From Balanoglossus misakiensis (taxonomy: Eukaryota; Animalia; Hemichordata): a DNA stretch of 64,000 bases. Positions 51,433 to 64,000 of the stretch are shown here, piece by piece. Made by a program: the position numbers and the translations under genes. Location of the stretch: assembly GCA_040954595.2 (NCBI GenBank), contig CM082585.2, positions 8,691,649 through 8,755,648 on the forward strand. Reading direction: 5' to 3'. Each line of letters begins with the position of its first letter. The first letter of the stretch is position 1. The notes under the pieces were generated by a model, which was not told where the DNA came from, searched no databases, and saw only the letters and a program-made list of their open reading frames with translations.

Positions 51433-52049
51433 AGCAAGGACCACCAAGGCGACGTCGGTGACCCGTAGTGATTGTGGTGCCACAGGACAAAGATCTAGTT
51501 CTCATTTCCCGATTCTCGCACTAGTTCTTGCTGACGTTGAATATTTATGGCATGGCGGGTGTAAAGCTCTTATTTCCGTTGAAATATAGATCGAATCAGG
51601 TTAATCCATTTATGTGGGTCTGTATATATAATGGTAACAACAGAACCGACCCACTCTTGCCTGTCGCCGCCGGGAGTTATCATGATCAGCCCAAAGAAAT
51701 TACAGGATGTGTGACGTAACTCGTAAATATTAGCCAATTATCAATTACAGCATTGTTCACGTAATATTGGATGGAAAAGATCTGTGGAAATTTTTCAATG
51801 TGATACAGACAACTTTGTGTTCATATACATACATGTATATAAAAGCGAATGACGATCAAATATTTTGAGAAACGACAGTTAGTATTTATCACCGAAGTAT
51901 CATTGCCAAGATCAGCGGAGGTTTGGAATAGCGTAGTTCAGAGATCATTATTTTAGAGATGAGAACAAACATTATAAGGACAACTCCAGGTCAACGTGAA
52001 TTGTTTGGAGCGTCCACGTTGCACATCTGTTCCAAGAGAGCGGTGCGTA

Positions 52050-52115
52050 AACTGACCAATCACAAGTGCTGTGGACGTCAGGCGTGCGGATAATAATTGA
52101 CCAATCAGAATTATC
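52050..52115 (+). promoter_or_regulatory. Putative promoter motif cluster of an unidentified transcript
   Basis: Two TGACCAATCA (NF-Y-like) boxes ~45 bp apart flanking a GACGTCA CRE-like site; CpG-rich DNA follows, with YY1-like AAAATGGCGGCC at ~53313. Confidence 0.3.
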
Positions 52116-54978
52116 GGGTCTAAATTAGGCTTAATTAGCAAAACAGTGACGATTGCTCTTCGCACCCATTTTCTAATTTTAGCTGGGGTGTAGGAACTCT
52201 GCTCAACGCTATTGTAAAGATTATTCTTACACTTCCGAAACTTCAGGTTCGAATTCCCTATGCCCACTTCTCTCGGGTCAATAAATCAGCATTAAAAATG
52301 TGTTGTTGTTTTGTCAACGTTTCGCAGTTACACTGGGAGTTCCCATCCTCATCACTGAATTCGTTGACTCGTCAGGATTTGCCTCCTCTTGGAGAGTTTC
52401 AAAATAGAATTTATTTTTTGTTTCATTGGTCGTTACTTTCCCAACGGGCCAGGTTGTGTGATAGTTAGCGCACGACTGCGAACACGGTGGGAGAGTCCGT
52501 TGGGGACCAGCCATTAGCAACGCGTCCGAGAATATTCCAGATCTGCAGCCAATGGCCTCCAACAGATCAGGGGAAAATGTCAAACATAGGTGTTGCCACT
52601 GAAAATAAACTTGTTTTCCATATGCATCTAAGGAAGTCTTCGTGGGCAGAGAATCCTTTGATTGTGCAGCGTGTCTTTGAACGCCCACGAGAGAAGATGT
52701 TCGATGGCGACGTTGGAAGCTAATAAAGCGGTGAAGACTTGATCATACAGGATTCACAAGCGGTTGTTTTTTTTTCCATTTTACGTAATCTCCACGAAAT
52801 ACGTCAAATGTGCCAATTTTGCGTATGGTCTTCGGAAGCCGTTGAGCGGATAATGCTTAGCAACTGAGCAATCGCGGCATTTCCTTCTGTCGCGAGTCGC
52901 CTGTGAACGTGAAACCACAGGACGAGTTTGGAAGAAAATCGACACAGTTTACAAGTCTCCGTCGCCTTCCAACACCTTTTCCTAATCGTTCCCAGCCTTT
53001 CCGTTTTCTTGACGATGATGTGTACCTGGAGAAGGCCGATGGGACGTTCTGGGTGGGCCTGCATAAATCCTGACTGCGACTGAAAAGCACGATCAGTTAC
53101 ACACAAAAAACTTGTCGCAATCGTTTCCTCGTCTTTTGAGAGTCTGTCTCGCCAACGTAATAATGAAAAATGTGTCAAGTAGCACGGCGACGTAAAGAGC
53201 GACAAAAAACAAAAGAACACAAAACAAAATTACGTAAGAATAAAACTGCTTTTGTCCATTGATCCAGGGGGTCTGTTTGCGACGTGGGCTGTCCTCCCAT
53301 AGTGCTTTACACAAAATGGCGGCCGACGTGTAAACAGCAGTGTATCTTTGACTCCTGATTTTCCAGATTGAAAGGTTTGTGCGCAATAATTTCGATTATT
53401 TTCATTTAATTTTGTGTGTAGCTTGTTTTTTGCACATGTCAGACTTTGACACTTACAGTATTTGTTGAGGTTACATTGGAATTTTGTTTCCGAATCCATC
53501 AAAACCGTGACAGTCGCGCTCCTGTCTCAGTATGGACCGTGAGATAGTCCCGACATTATAATTCAGCTGGCTTGGAGCAATATGGTTCTCTGAATGGATT
53601 TTAATTAGATAGAATTTCCTCGCCATAAAAACGCTATCATCTGTTGATTCGCTTGTTTATCTTTACATATTAAGACTTCGATATTTCAAGAGCAATTTGG
53701 AACGTGCAAGGATTCTGTATTATTCAGCTGTGTGTTGGTATTTCTTGCTTTTTGCGGGTTTCTTGCGGACGCACCCTTCGTCTCGCGATTTATCTCAGAC
53801 AGTTTAAAGTAGCGAGTGTTCGCCGAGTATCAGCTGGCGCAGTGTAAAAAAAATCAAATCGATATTTTAAAGGGCATGCCGGATATCCGTCTTTCTAAAT
53901 GTCCAGACTTGTCAGTGCTACCTGGCCAGGGTGTAATGTACATGTACATGTATGTTGATTTCGTAACGGAGCGAGCGGCTGGAATAGATGAATCTGTATA
54001 TATATATGGCAGTACGATTTAACATAAGGTTGACCCACAGACTGCGCTTACCCCGTCACACAACAGGAAAAGTATGACATTTTAGACGGCAAATGTGAGA
54101 GTGTCCGGACTTCATTACACGGTTGGCAGTTTTAGGGGGGACGCAGTGATCGCCGTCGTAAAATACTAATTGAGCCAATGTATTTGTTGTATGTCCTCCC
54201 ATTTTTAATAGTCGGATGAAGCCGAGGCAGCTTCATTCATAAAAGCTCAACGTGGGCACACGTCATGGCTGCCGCGTATTTAATTTATAGAACCTTATTG
54301 AATGACACCGAGTTTTTTTCCAGAGAAGTGGCCACTGTACTTCGGTGCCCAGTAGCCAATAATCGTACAATTGTTTCATTGTTTATTAATTTTAATGTGT
54401 TTTAATGTTTTGTTGCATTTGTGAGTAAAAGGAGAGTTCATGTTACACTGTCTGTGAGCTATGGAGAATAGGTAATTAAGTTCAAGGTGAACCAATAGCT
54501 ACTTTCAGTTCCCGAACCTACAGTCACTTAATTTTTAACGCCGACACTTGAGTGATATATGATGTAAAAAAACACGCACAGTACAAGTGGTTTGGTCCCC
54601 CAATCACATTTCGGGACATTTAATTTTTAGCAATTTTATGCAAACATCTTCATAAGCAAAAAGTGAACCTTTTTTATTATATCTTCATGTATATTAAATG
54701 TCTTGCTCTCAAGGGCAAGTTTGCTTCCGGATGGATTACAACAAAACGTGACCACCCTGCGCCAATTCAGAATCAGATTATTTTTTCACACAAAAATGAG
54801 TGTCATTTTCCTCACAGATATGTACATATGCAGTTTGATATGAATGCCCCTTTTTTTTCAATTGCCATATGGCACGAAAAAGATTGGAATATTCGTAAAA
54901 TCCCAATGTCAGATTTCCTCCAATTGCTAACCCAGCTGTACGCTTGTGTATATCTTCATCATAATCTAAAAAAGAATT

Positions 54979-56703
54979 AAAGCTGCAAGCAGCATTGTCC
55001 GGGCCCAAGCTCTATTATCTGATCTGATTATTAGATATGCACATAATTAATGTGTAGAAACATAATGCTGTGTTTTATCCCAAGAAATATCAAGGTTATA
55101 TCTATGTTTGGTGCTGATATAGTGTTAAGTAGGGCAAAGGTCACCCAGGGGTCACCCACAATTTGGGGAGAATATTTTGACCCATAGTGGTCCATGTCCA
55201 ACAAAAACCAGACCTCTAGCCCTTGTGGTTAGCCCGGAATTAGGTATGCACATAAATAATGAGTTAAGCAGGTGTCACAGGTGACCCAAAACGTTGGCTT
55301 TTCATTATGGCCCCATATCTCCAAATGCCAAGGCTGTACCTGCTTTGGAGGCCGAGATATGCAAAAGTAGGTCAAAGGTCATCTGAGGTCACCCAAAATT
55401 TGGGCAGAAAATTTTTACCCATAGTGGTCCATGTCCAATAAAAACCAGACCTCTAGCTCTATTGGTTCGCCTGTAATTAGTTATGCACATAATTAATGAG
55501 GTCAGCAGAGGTCACAGGTGACCCAAAACTTTGGCTTTTCATAATGGCCCCATATCTCCGAATGCCAAGGCTGTACCTGCTTTGGATGCCGAGATATTCA
55601 AAAGTAGGTCAAAGGTCACCGGAGGTCACCCAACATTTGGGCAAAATATTTTGACCCCATACTGATCCATGTCCAAAAAAACTCAAACCTTTAGGTCTAT
55701 TGGTTAATCTGTAATTAGGTATGCGCATATTTAATGAGGTCAGCAGAGGTCAAAGTGGTCATGAAAAGTAGCGAAATTATTTGATCACATACAAATCCAC
55801 ATACATCAAAAACCAAACTTATAGCCCTATTGGTTAGCCTGGAATTAGATATGCAGAAAAATGATGCGTCAAAAGTAGGTCAAAGGTCATTGCCAAAATT
55901 ACCAAAATATTTATAGCTTATTCTTGTCATATGATGATTCATATCCATAAAAAGAATTTCTGTGCTATCAATTATTAGGCTAGAAAGGGAATTTTTACTT
56001 TTTAATCGTTTTTCACAAAATCCAATATGGCCGCCATAATCTTCGACCAATCACATTCATCTTCGCAAACTTGATAGACATCTGTTTAATGACCACACAC
56101 ACCAAATCTTGTGACTCGGTTATGGCCGGTTCTTGAGTAGAAGATTTTTCAAATTTTACTAGGGTTTTTCGAAAATCCAATATGGCCGCCATAATCTTCG
56201 ACCAATCACAATGATCTTCGCAAACTTGATAGACATCAGTTAGGTGACCACATACCCCAAACCCTGTGTCTCGGTTATCACCGGTTCTGGAGAAGAAGAT
56301 TTTTGAAATTTAGGCCAGATTTCAGAAAAAAAATTGTAGCAAAAAAACTGCAACTTTGTCAGCATAATTTCCAATTACAAAAATGATGGGCAAAAGGTAG
56401 TCTACGAGCATGCCAAATTTGAAGTCGATCTGACGTGTAGTTTCTGAGATCTGAGATTTGCATTTTTTCAGAAAATCCAAGATGGCCGCCATGTCACATG
56501 ACTAATTAAGTATTCACAAGTCACTGCACATCTACTCATTGACCTTGACCACTGTAGCAAGTTTGAGAACTGTACCTGCAGCAGTGTTTGAGATCTAGAG
56601 CGATAAAGAATGGAACCAAGAATAAAGAAAGAAAGAAAGAAAGACAGAAAAACCCCAGCGAAACCAATACGGGCCCAAGCCTGGCTTGGCTTGGGCCCGT
56701 AAT
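54979..56703. mobile_element. Non-autonomous Helentron-associated element (HINE / DINE-1-like) with internal tandem repeats
   Basis: Subterminal GGGCCCAAGC at 55001-55010, whose inverse lies in a 13-bp-stem terminal hairpin ACGGGCCCAAGCC-TGGCTT-GGCTTGGGCCCGT (56669-56700). (AAAG)n microsatellite at ~56623-56645; ~238-bp tandem units (AAAGGTCA at 55136, 55374, 55611) and ~155-bp units (AAAATCCAATATGGCCGCC at ~56017 and ~56172). Confidence 0.75.
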
Positions 56704-59700
56704 TAACCCTTTCACCACATGTCACTCGAAGATGAACTGATCAAGAGACATCTCTTGGAATATTCCATTTTTCTCTGACCGTGGGGGCATTGGTTTATCG
56801 TGGCCTGTTTTATCTGATGTTGCATTCCCACAACAATCGTCGAGGAATTGCTAGTAAAATTGTAAAAAAAAATCTGAATTCTTTGCTAATCTTGAAGCTA
56901 TAGATAGCCAGATAGCCCTTTCTTTGTTTCTTAATCTAATCCAAAAAGACAAAAAACTAGTCGTTGAGAATTCATCGCAGCCACTATAGATAAATGTGAG
57001 GAAGATTTACACGTCTCAGTTCAAATCACACAGGGCAAGCATTTTTCCAAAATGGTTCTTTGATGTTATGATTTATGTTACTGTAGTCTGTTCGGCGCCA
57101 TCTAATAACATCTTCCATTTTTCAACACCTGAGATTTATTTTTATTCAAAATCTGCCTTTTTTTCTTCTTTCTCCCTGAGGGGCAAAACAGAATTCATAT
57201 GTCTGTTACCCTTCAATGGTAAATGTGTATTGACATTGTCTTTGCAACAGCCCCATTTATCAGTTATTTGATTTTCAAATTTTCAGATTTACTCCTCAGT
57301 CCTTCAGCAAACGCTGCCCTGTTTGGATTTGCATAAATGTGACTTTTGTTTGTTGATCATGAGAGACAGAACACAAGTAAACAAATCTGTGTGTCTATTG
57401 CACAATGTTATTGTAATCTTGTGTTCTGTTTAATTAAACTTTTAAAAAGTGACGCAAAATGGATTTGAATTTTTAGGTTGTGTGCAGTAACTCTCTTGAA
57501 CCAGAATATATTTTTATTGTGAGATAAAAAAATTATTACTTCGTTTTACAGTCGAAAGCAGGGCATTAGTTAGTTGCAACACCAAAGCGTAGCTTTCAAA
57601 ACAGATTTAAATCCCCAGTCATGTGACCAGGGATGTCCACTTAGCTGATTTGCATAACAATGGAGGCTACCTTTGCACATGATCAATGGCAGGAAGTCCC
57701 TCAGTCTGTTCTCAAGCTTCCTTCTAAACGTCAATTTTCCAATATTCTGTCACTTTAGTTGAAAGGTTCATTTCCTTTGCTGCAATTTGCAAAGAGAGAG
57801 AGAGAGGGTGGCACGCCATTACCTGTTGAATTCGAAATCCGTTCTTTTGACGTTTGCCAGTCAGGGGCTGGCACCTATTGTCCGAAATCCACCCTGCTAA
57901 TCCTTTGATATGCTAAATAGGGGGGAATTTGCCCTACAATAACAATGCCCTGTGTAAGGTTCAAGCCGCTGTCATTAAAAAAATCTAGGTTGGGTAACCA
58001 GATTAGGTACCTGTCCACTGGCTTCTGACGGTCTTTGTTTTGGACACTGGCAGACTATGGTACCACCAGCCTTATGTTAGATAATGACATAGCCGCGTCC
58101 TATATGCAATGAAGTTGAAGGGGAACGCCCAGTACTGTTACCTACCGCTCCTGATAAACAGGGCAACCCTGTGCCAGGTTAGCTCCAAGGGGTGGTGGTG
58201 CAAAGGCTTTGGACCATCGAAAAAAAGAAACACCTAGATTATTCTGACATCTCCCAGCGTCACCCCAACCACCACCCCGAAAACAATTACGAAAGGATTT
58301 CAAAACTTGTCCTTGCATTACTTTGTGTTAACTAAGTTAGTTCACACGGAACTCCTACAAACTAGCAACATCTTAACATTCTTGAGAAAGGCACGGCCTT
58401 GAACCGGGATGGTTGGTATTTGTGACAGAAGGGCAACATTTCTGTGGTTTTATCAACAGTTGAAGAATTGCACATGTGGTCAAAAAAAATTTTGTGACCC
58501 CTGAAATTAGATCAAAATACGCAGTTGTGTGCCAGGTCAAATAGTGTATTTGGGATCATTATAATGCCCCTTTCAAAAAAATTTAATTTTTACCCCTCTG
58601 AGAAATGTTATTCTCATTGTGGTGTTCATGTATAAAGTGCAGTTTCTTGCTCCAGTCCTCTGATCAACAAATTGATCTGCACAGCCTAAATGTGTGTGCA
58701 ACCTTCTCTGTTATTGTTGACATTTGAATATAATTCCTAGCTATAAATCAAGTGCTCATGGGAATGCTGTATTGTGCAAACAGTCTAGATGCTGTGTCCA
58801 CAAACTAACAGGCCAGTGAAAATGCATCCAAATGCATATGCTGTTTAGATGCACCATACAAAAAATATTTTTATTGTAAAAATTATCAAAAACTACATCT
58901 CGCATTCACTCTCTTTTCCTGGTTTTATAAGTATGTAATAAAATATCCTGATTAAAAATACATCCTGTTGATTCATGCATTTTTTTATGGTTTCTAAATC
59001 AATGTAATAATGTTAAGAAGCCATTCGTGTCATTCCAGAACAAATATCCTTGTTGCCAGTGTTAGCCATCAAAGCACTGCTTGAAAACTGTTTACATCTT
59101 CCGTGAAAGGTCAGTGACCTCTCCAGATATCCTATCCCACAAGCCACCAGTGGGCCAGCTTTCTTGTAATTTGAGGCGCAAAGTCAGACTTGCCAGCAAG
59201 CTGGGATCTGCAGAGTGTGGAATTATGATTATGTCAATATTACAACAGAAGCCCTGTTGTGATGTCATAGTACTACATGTGTATTTTTATGTCATGGGAG
59301 ATAACCGTAAAAAATGGAGTTTCATGGGGCTGTCCCTTTATGGTGAATACTTAACCACATCTTAGTTCAGTTGATACCCAGACTCAAACAACACTCAAGA
59401 AAATTGCCTGTGAATGTTGATGATTTGCGAGAAATGCTCAGTCTGTTGGTAGTCATTTCACAAGGTACGAGAAGCCAGCCGCCACAAAGCACACAGTTGT
59501 CGAGTAAGTTTCCTCTGCGTAAACAATTAACTGGTGTATACCAAACGTCTCCGGCAGCATGGCTTGTATGCCAGGAATTTTATCAAACAAATTCTTCCTT
59601 GTGTGAAAATCGCATTAGTAAACAAGAAAATGCAAGGCCCAGTGGCTAACCTAGATTTGTTTCTTTTCCGTCCAGCGGTGTCACAGTTTGCATTAGGGGT

Positions 59701-60600
59701 GGATTCTGAGAATGAGGAAACCCAGCCCTTCGAATCTTTGCATGTTGTTTTTCAGCTTCTGTGGATTGCTTTTGAAACTGTGAAAGGAGCTGAATTTCAG
59801 CCACTTGAAAAATAAAATTGAGCCGATTGTTATCCTGCGTTATATACAAAATATATTAATCCCTTGCTGATATACTTTGTGATACACATAAGAAATTATA
59901 TCACAAGAGTATTTGCATATTGTGCCCTTACATAGGGTGGCAGACTCGACTCCACTGTAACTGGAGATTCAACAGGTCATTGATCAGACAAGGGTGCCCT
60001 TTAAAAAAGCACGGCTTTTGAAATCTGCATTAAATATATCGGGATGTTTTGTGTTGGCCATATATCTTTGCTGAAGTATGAACGTTTTCTTGCACCTTTC
60101 TGAAACATACGTCATTTTGTTAAATTTGTCATTAAGGAATAGACGCATTGCGCGTTATGTGAATGATTTGACAATAGGTGAAACCCCTCAATTGTTTTGG
60201 CCAGTGGTACAATTAAAATGTTTCCATGTGAAATTTTCACCACTCTCCTAGGTAGCAAAATGCTGTTTAACTTAACGTAGGGAGAATGACACTGTGATGG
60301 TGCTCTGGGACAGGATCCTGTTGTGAACTGAATGTAATCACTGCCCTGAGAGTCTCTTTGTCATGTAATTCCCTGTTCCAGCTCAGACAGTTTGAGTCAG
60401 AAAAATTAACCCTCCCTGTAGAGTATTGCGTTAGTGCTGTTCAACCAATGAAGTGATCGGGATTAGAAACGTATATTAAAGCCAGCTTCTGGCTAAAGAT
60501 GCTTTGGATTAGACGCTGAGAATGGACATGTAGGCAGTGGTGGGCTACATAATTGACGAGCTGTCGGAGATCTGATCTGTAGAAAATAATATATTAGATG

Positions 60601-60690
60601 AGGATCATCATCATGATAAGGATGTTGATGAGTAGGATGATGATGATGATGATGATGATAAAGATGATTATGATGATGATGATGATGATG
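60601..60690 (+). repeat. (GAT)n microsatellite
   Basis: Several perfect GATGATGAT runs. Confidence 0.9.
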
Positions 60691-60716
60691 AATAGATCAG
60701 AAATGTTATCCATTAT

Positions 60717-60820
60717 TTAACCCTTTCATCTGTCACCGGGGTTCGTTCCAAATCTGTTGATATCTACGGCAATGTTGGATGGACTTCTGTACAAAGGGAC
60801 CTTGGGGGTGAAAAGGTGAA
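60717..60820 (+). mobile_element. Diverged piggyBac-type MITE copy
   Basis: TTAACCCTTTCATC ... GGGGGTGAAAAGGTGAA. Confidence 0.6.
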
Positions 60821-63313
60821 GTTTCAGTAAGAAGTGGAATTTCATAAAACTACACATTTTCATCGAAATTCCATTGTTCATATCTTGGTACTACAGTACT
60901 GGTAATAGAAACAGGAAGGAAAAAATACGGACACGCTCAAAATAGATCCCATCCTTTACTGTAAGCACAAAACAAAATCATTAATCTGTCAAATATAGTA
61001 TGAAAATTCCCTTCATGTCATTTCTGATTTATGTAACACCCACCGTCAGTTGAAAGAAAACCCAACATTTGATAAATCTTAATGTATTTCCTCATTTTCA
61101 GTCAATGAAAACTGAGCCGTTATTGAAAAGTATTCATTTTCATCTGTGTTTAGGAGAGACGGAAGCACATTCAGCAACCATACAAACATAGGGATAATTT
61201 TATAAATGCACATAATCAGTTTCGAGTTAATGTGTTCATTTCACGTGCATTTTACAAGGACCTTGAACCTGGACAAGTATGACAATAGAAGTTGTAATTA
61301 AATGCAGGAAATGTGTAATGGTGTGTTTCTTTAATTGATTGACGCACGTTTGCTGGAATCGGAATAAGATATGTTAGGCTTTGTAATATAATGTGGTGTC
61401 ATGATCGCTCGACCCTCGTGTGATGTCAATGAACTTCAGGTTTTATACATGTGCTCGCGATGTGTGTCTGTGTCTTGGCTGTCACGTGCGACACCACTTC
61501 TGAAACTAGACAGAGGTATTTTTCTCTCTCTCTCACAAGGCCGCAGACTTGAGCTCGGTTTCAATGTACTATACAGTCAAGGTCAATGTCGCCGGTATCT
61601 GTGATGTTGCTGGTGTCAATGTCAAGATCCTCGTCTCCTGTGTTCCATATGTGCGTTTGGATGTGCTGTTTCGATAATATTAATAATCACCAATATGATG
61701 ACACCTGTTTGAATTGAAAAAAAAACGTTGCTATTTTTGCCGGTTATTTACGCTGCAGCAAATGGAAGGAAACAATGATCGTTTTTCGACCGAATAAAAC
61801 CTGGTGCTGTCTAGTCTACCACCTGTTACTCGCTGGCTTCGTAGCCCCACATCAACAGCTGTGCACGTCCATTCTTTGAGGCGACATATCACATAATCCA
61901 GTCCTGGGAAAAATAAATGTTAAAAAAAGATTTGTATGCGCATTTCTAGGTTATCATGACTGTTCCACCAATATTCACCCTTCTCGCGCAATCCACCTTT
62001 ATTTCATGGAAATTCCTCAGAAATTTCAATATTGGCCTCCTTGATGATCTTCTCTTGTGCATGCCCATCCATGCAGCCACAAGTGCACAGTCACGCATAC
62101 GTTGGCAAAAACGCTCCGAGGTCGGCATTTGGGCATATTTTTTTAATATCAAGTCAAGGACATGATTAATATGTGGTATTCACCTGTTAAACATAACATT
62201 AGCAGCCGGTAAATCATGTATGGTGGGTGTGACTGTTAGAGGGTCACATGCAAAATTGAAAGCGAGCACTGAACAAGCTCTCGGATGATTTGATATTTCA
62301 GGAAGTGTTGCACGAAAAGGCAGACAGGTATAATAATATAATGTGATCATGAATGAAGAAAAAAGCAAGAAAATTACTCTGATAACAGTTTGGAGCCATG
62401 CATACAAAGACACAGAGATATTGCTCGAGTTTTCTGCTTTGAGAGCTAATTTAGCAATTTTTCCATTCTTGAAGCAAATTCAATCACGCTCGGAGCGATG
62501 CACACAAGAGCTGACCGTTCAATGATTGATGCACGGCTGCAAATTATCTCTGTATATGAATAATCAGCCTTTGCATCAGTAGTTAATTGACATTGGAGTA
62601 AACGGCTTTATTCAATTTGCCAAATTGTGCACAGCCTGGACAGTCGTGTTCTCGGAAGACTCGACAATAAAAAAACACTGCTAATTAGACCACCAGATAC
62701 GTATTTGCATATTTAATTGGGTTCACAGTATTAGCCGAGGCGGCAACCACAGACTGTGGTTAGCTGCATATGTGCTCCTCATAGCTCGTTAAATATGAAT
62801 AGAATTAGCATAATTTGTTAATTTTATGTCCACCTGGTGTCAGGACTTTGATGGGTTAGCTTGTAAAAATTCATAACCCGCCATGATAAATGATGGCAGC
62901 TTTCTGAGGGATCGTCTCAATCCACTAACAAAGCTCTCTTCACCACTTTCGAATGTATTCTTATACAGATTATTTTGTGTGAAAAAAATGTACTTTGATG
63001 TTGTACATAATATCAGATGTGATGATAATATTTTCGTTTGTTAAACACCACAGCAAAAGTACACTAGAAAGAGTGTATATATCATTTGCGTGTATATGTG
63101 TGTGTGCTTATTGTGGATACCATATCAAGTGTGAATTGAAACCTTATATGTGTACTTGTCGCTTTGCTCTGACCCACAGCTCTCAGAAAACTAAGGCAAT
63201 ATTGGCGTTGACCTGATAAGAAGTACTGCCCTCGCTGCCTCGGGTCATCGACGTGCATCATCATATATGTGTGCATGCATCCCTGAACGTGAGTACGCTT
63301 TCCTATGTCAACG

Positions 63314-63406
63314 TTAACCCTTTCACCGCCATGGTGTGGTCCAACTCTGTTGTTTTCAATGGCAGCGTTGGACCTTTATACTGGGAAATGGGGGTGAAAG
63401 GGTTAA
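63314..63406 (+). mobile_element. piggyBac-type MITE, complete copy
   Basis: TTAA|CCCTTTCACCGCCATGG ... GGGGGTGAAAGGG|TTAA. Confidence 0.8.
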
Positions 63407-63526
63407 TAAGCCTGACTATGGTGTTCTACATTGTAGTACCATGTGTGGCCTGCGAGCTAACATGATTTGTATTATCTCGCATTTTCCCCATTAATGCAGG
63501 AGCTATTTTCTACATTACTTTTTAGG

Positions 63527-63659
63527 CCAGTGTTCTCGCAGGAAAATTAAAAGTATAGTGGCCATTAATTAATTTTGGATAAACAATAGAAATCATTAAC
63601 ATGACATTTGTTATCCAAATTGGCCACTACGCTATTTTAAATTTCCTGGGAGAACATTG
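63527..63659. mobile_element. 133-bp fold-back MITE with a 5-bp target duplication (TAGGC), possibly hAT5-like
   Basis: CAGTGTTCTCGCAGGAAAATTAAAAGTATAGTGGCCA ... TGGCCACTACGCTATTTTAAATTTCCTGGGAGAACATTG long imperfect palindrome, flanked by TAGGC at 63522-63526 and 63660-63664. Confidence 0.7.
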
Positions 63660-64000
63660 TAGGCTTATGCTCAAATAACTTCTATGATTCTAAACATGGG
63701 CTCAGAAGTTGCCAGAATCATGTTTATTAGGTCCAGCTTTTACTGAAGAAAAATACGGAGGATTTGGATCTAACCAGGTACATTTGTAAGGGGCACACTT
63801 GTATAGGCATAGATTCTTTCTTTGTTGGCAACACAGTATTGCACGCATCCATGTAACTATATCCCATGTTGCGAAATGAAATAAACAGTAATTTGAAAAT
63901 CGTCAGATTCCCTTTTATATTATAGACATTCAAAATGTACGTTATGTGATCTGAGCTCAGACGCATGCGACTATCTATCAATGACATATTGTGTAAATTA

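Noticed and set aside
50971-51589. Gly-rich, Thr-rich and Val-rich ORFs
   Set aside because: Products of the (GGT/GAT)n microsatellite read in different frames.
55130-56320. Repeat arrays considered as CRISPR or an RNA-gene array
   Set aside because: Whole units repeat with no unique spacers, the context is eukaryotic, and the HINE structure explains them.

Overview
Intron-rich animal genomic DNA, most consistent with an invertebrate deuterostome (inferred from gene content and repeats; species not determinable). Six multi-exon protein-coding genes were reconstructed by hand from GT/GC-AG boundaries: a SULT1-like cytosolic sulfotransferase (+), two head-to-head arylsulfatase B-like paralogues (-/+), NKAP (-), XRRA1 (+) and RANBP2/Nup358 (-). 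A seventh, two-exon gene encodes an AANAT-like GNAT (-). The last ~14 kb has no recognisable coding exon; it holds a Helentron-like (HINE) element with internal tandem repeats, several MITEs and possible regulatory DNA. The most notable signal is a compact sulfur-chemistry cluster whose three intact genes all differ at canonical catalytic positions. The sulfotransferase has Tyr at the catalytic His and NDG at the RKG PAPS motif; both sulfatases have Asn at the second metal Asp and Met/Leu at the sulfate-binding Lys. RANBP2 is also atypical: five Ran-binding domains, six dispersed zinc fingers, two separated IR-like motifs each ending in CPGCxGC, and no cyclophilin domain. Reference comparisons are from memory of the human proteins; no alignments or database searches were run.
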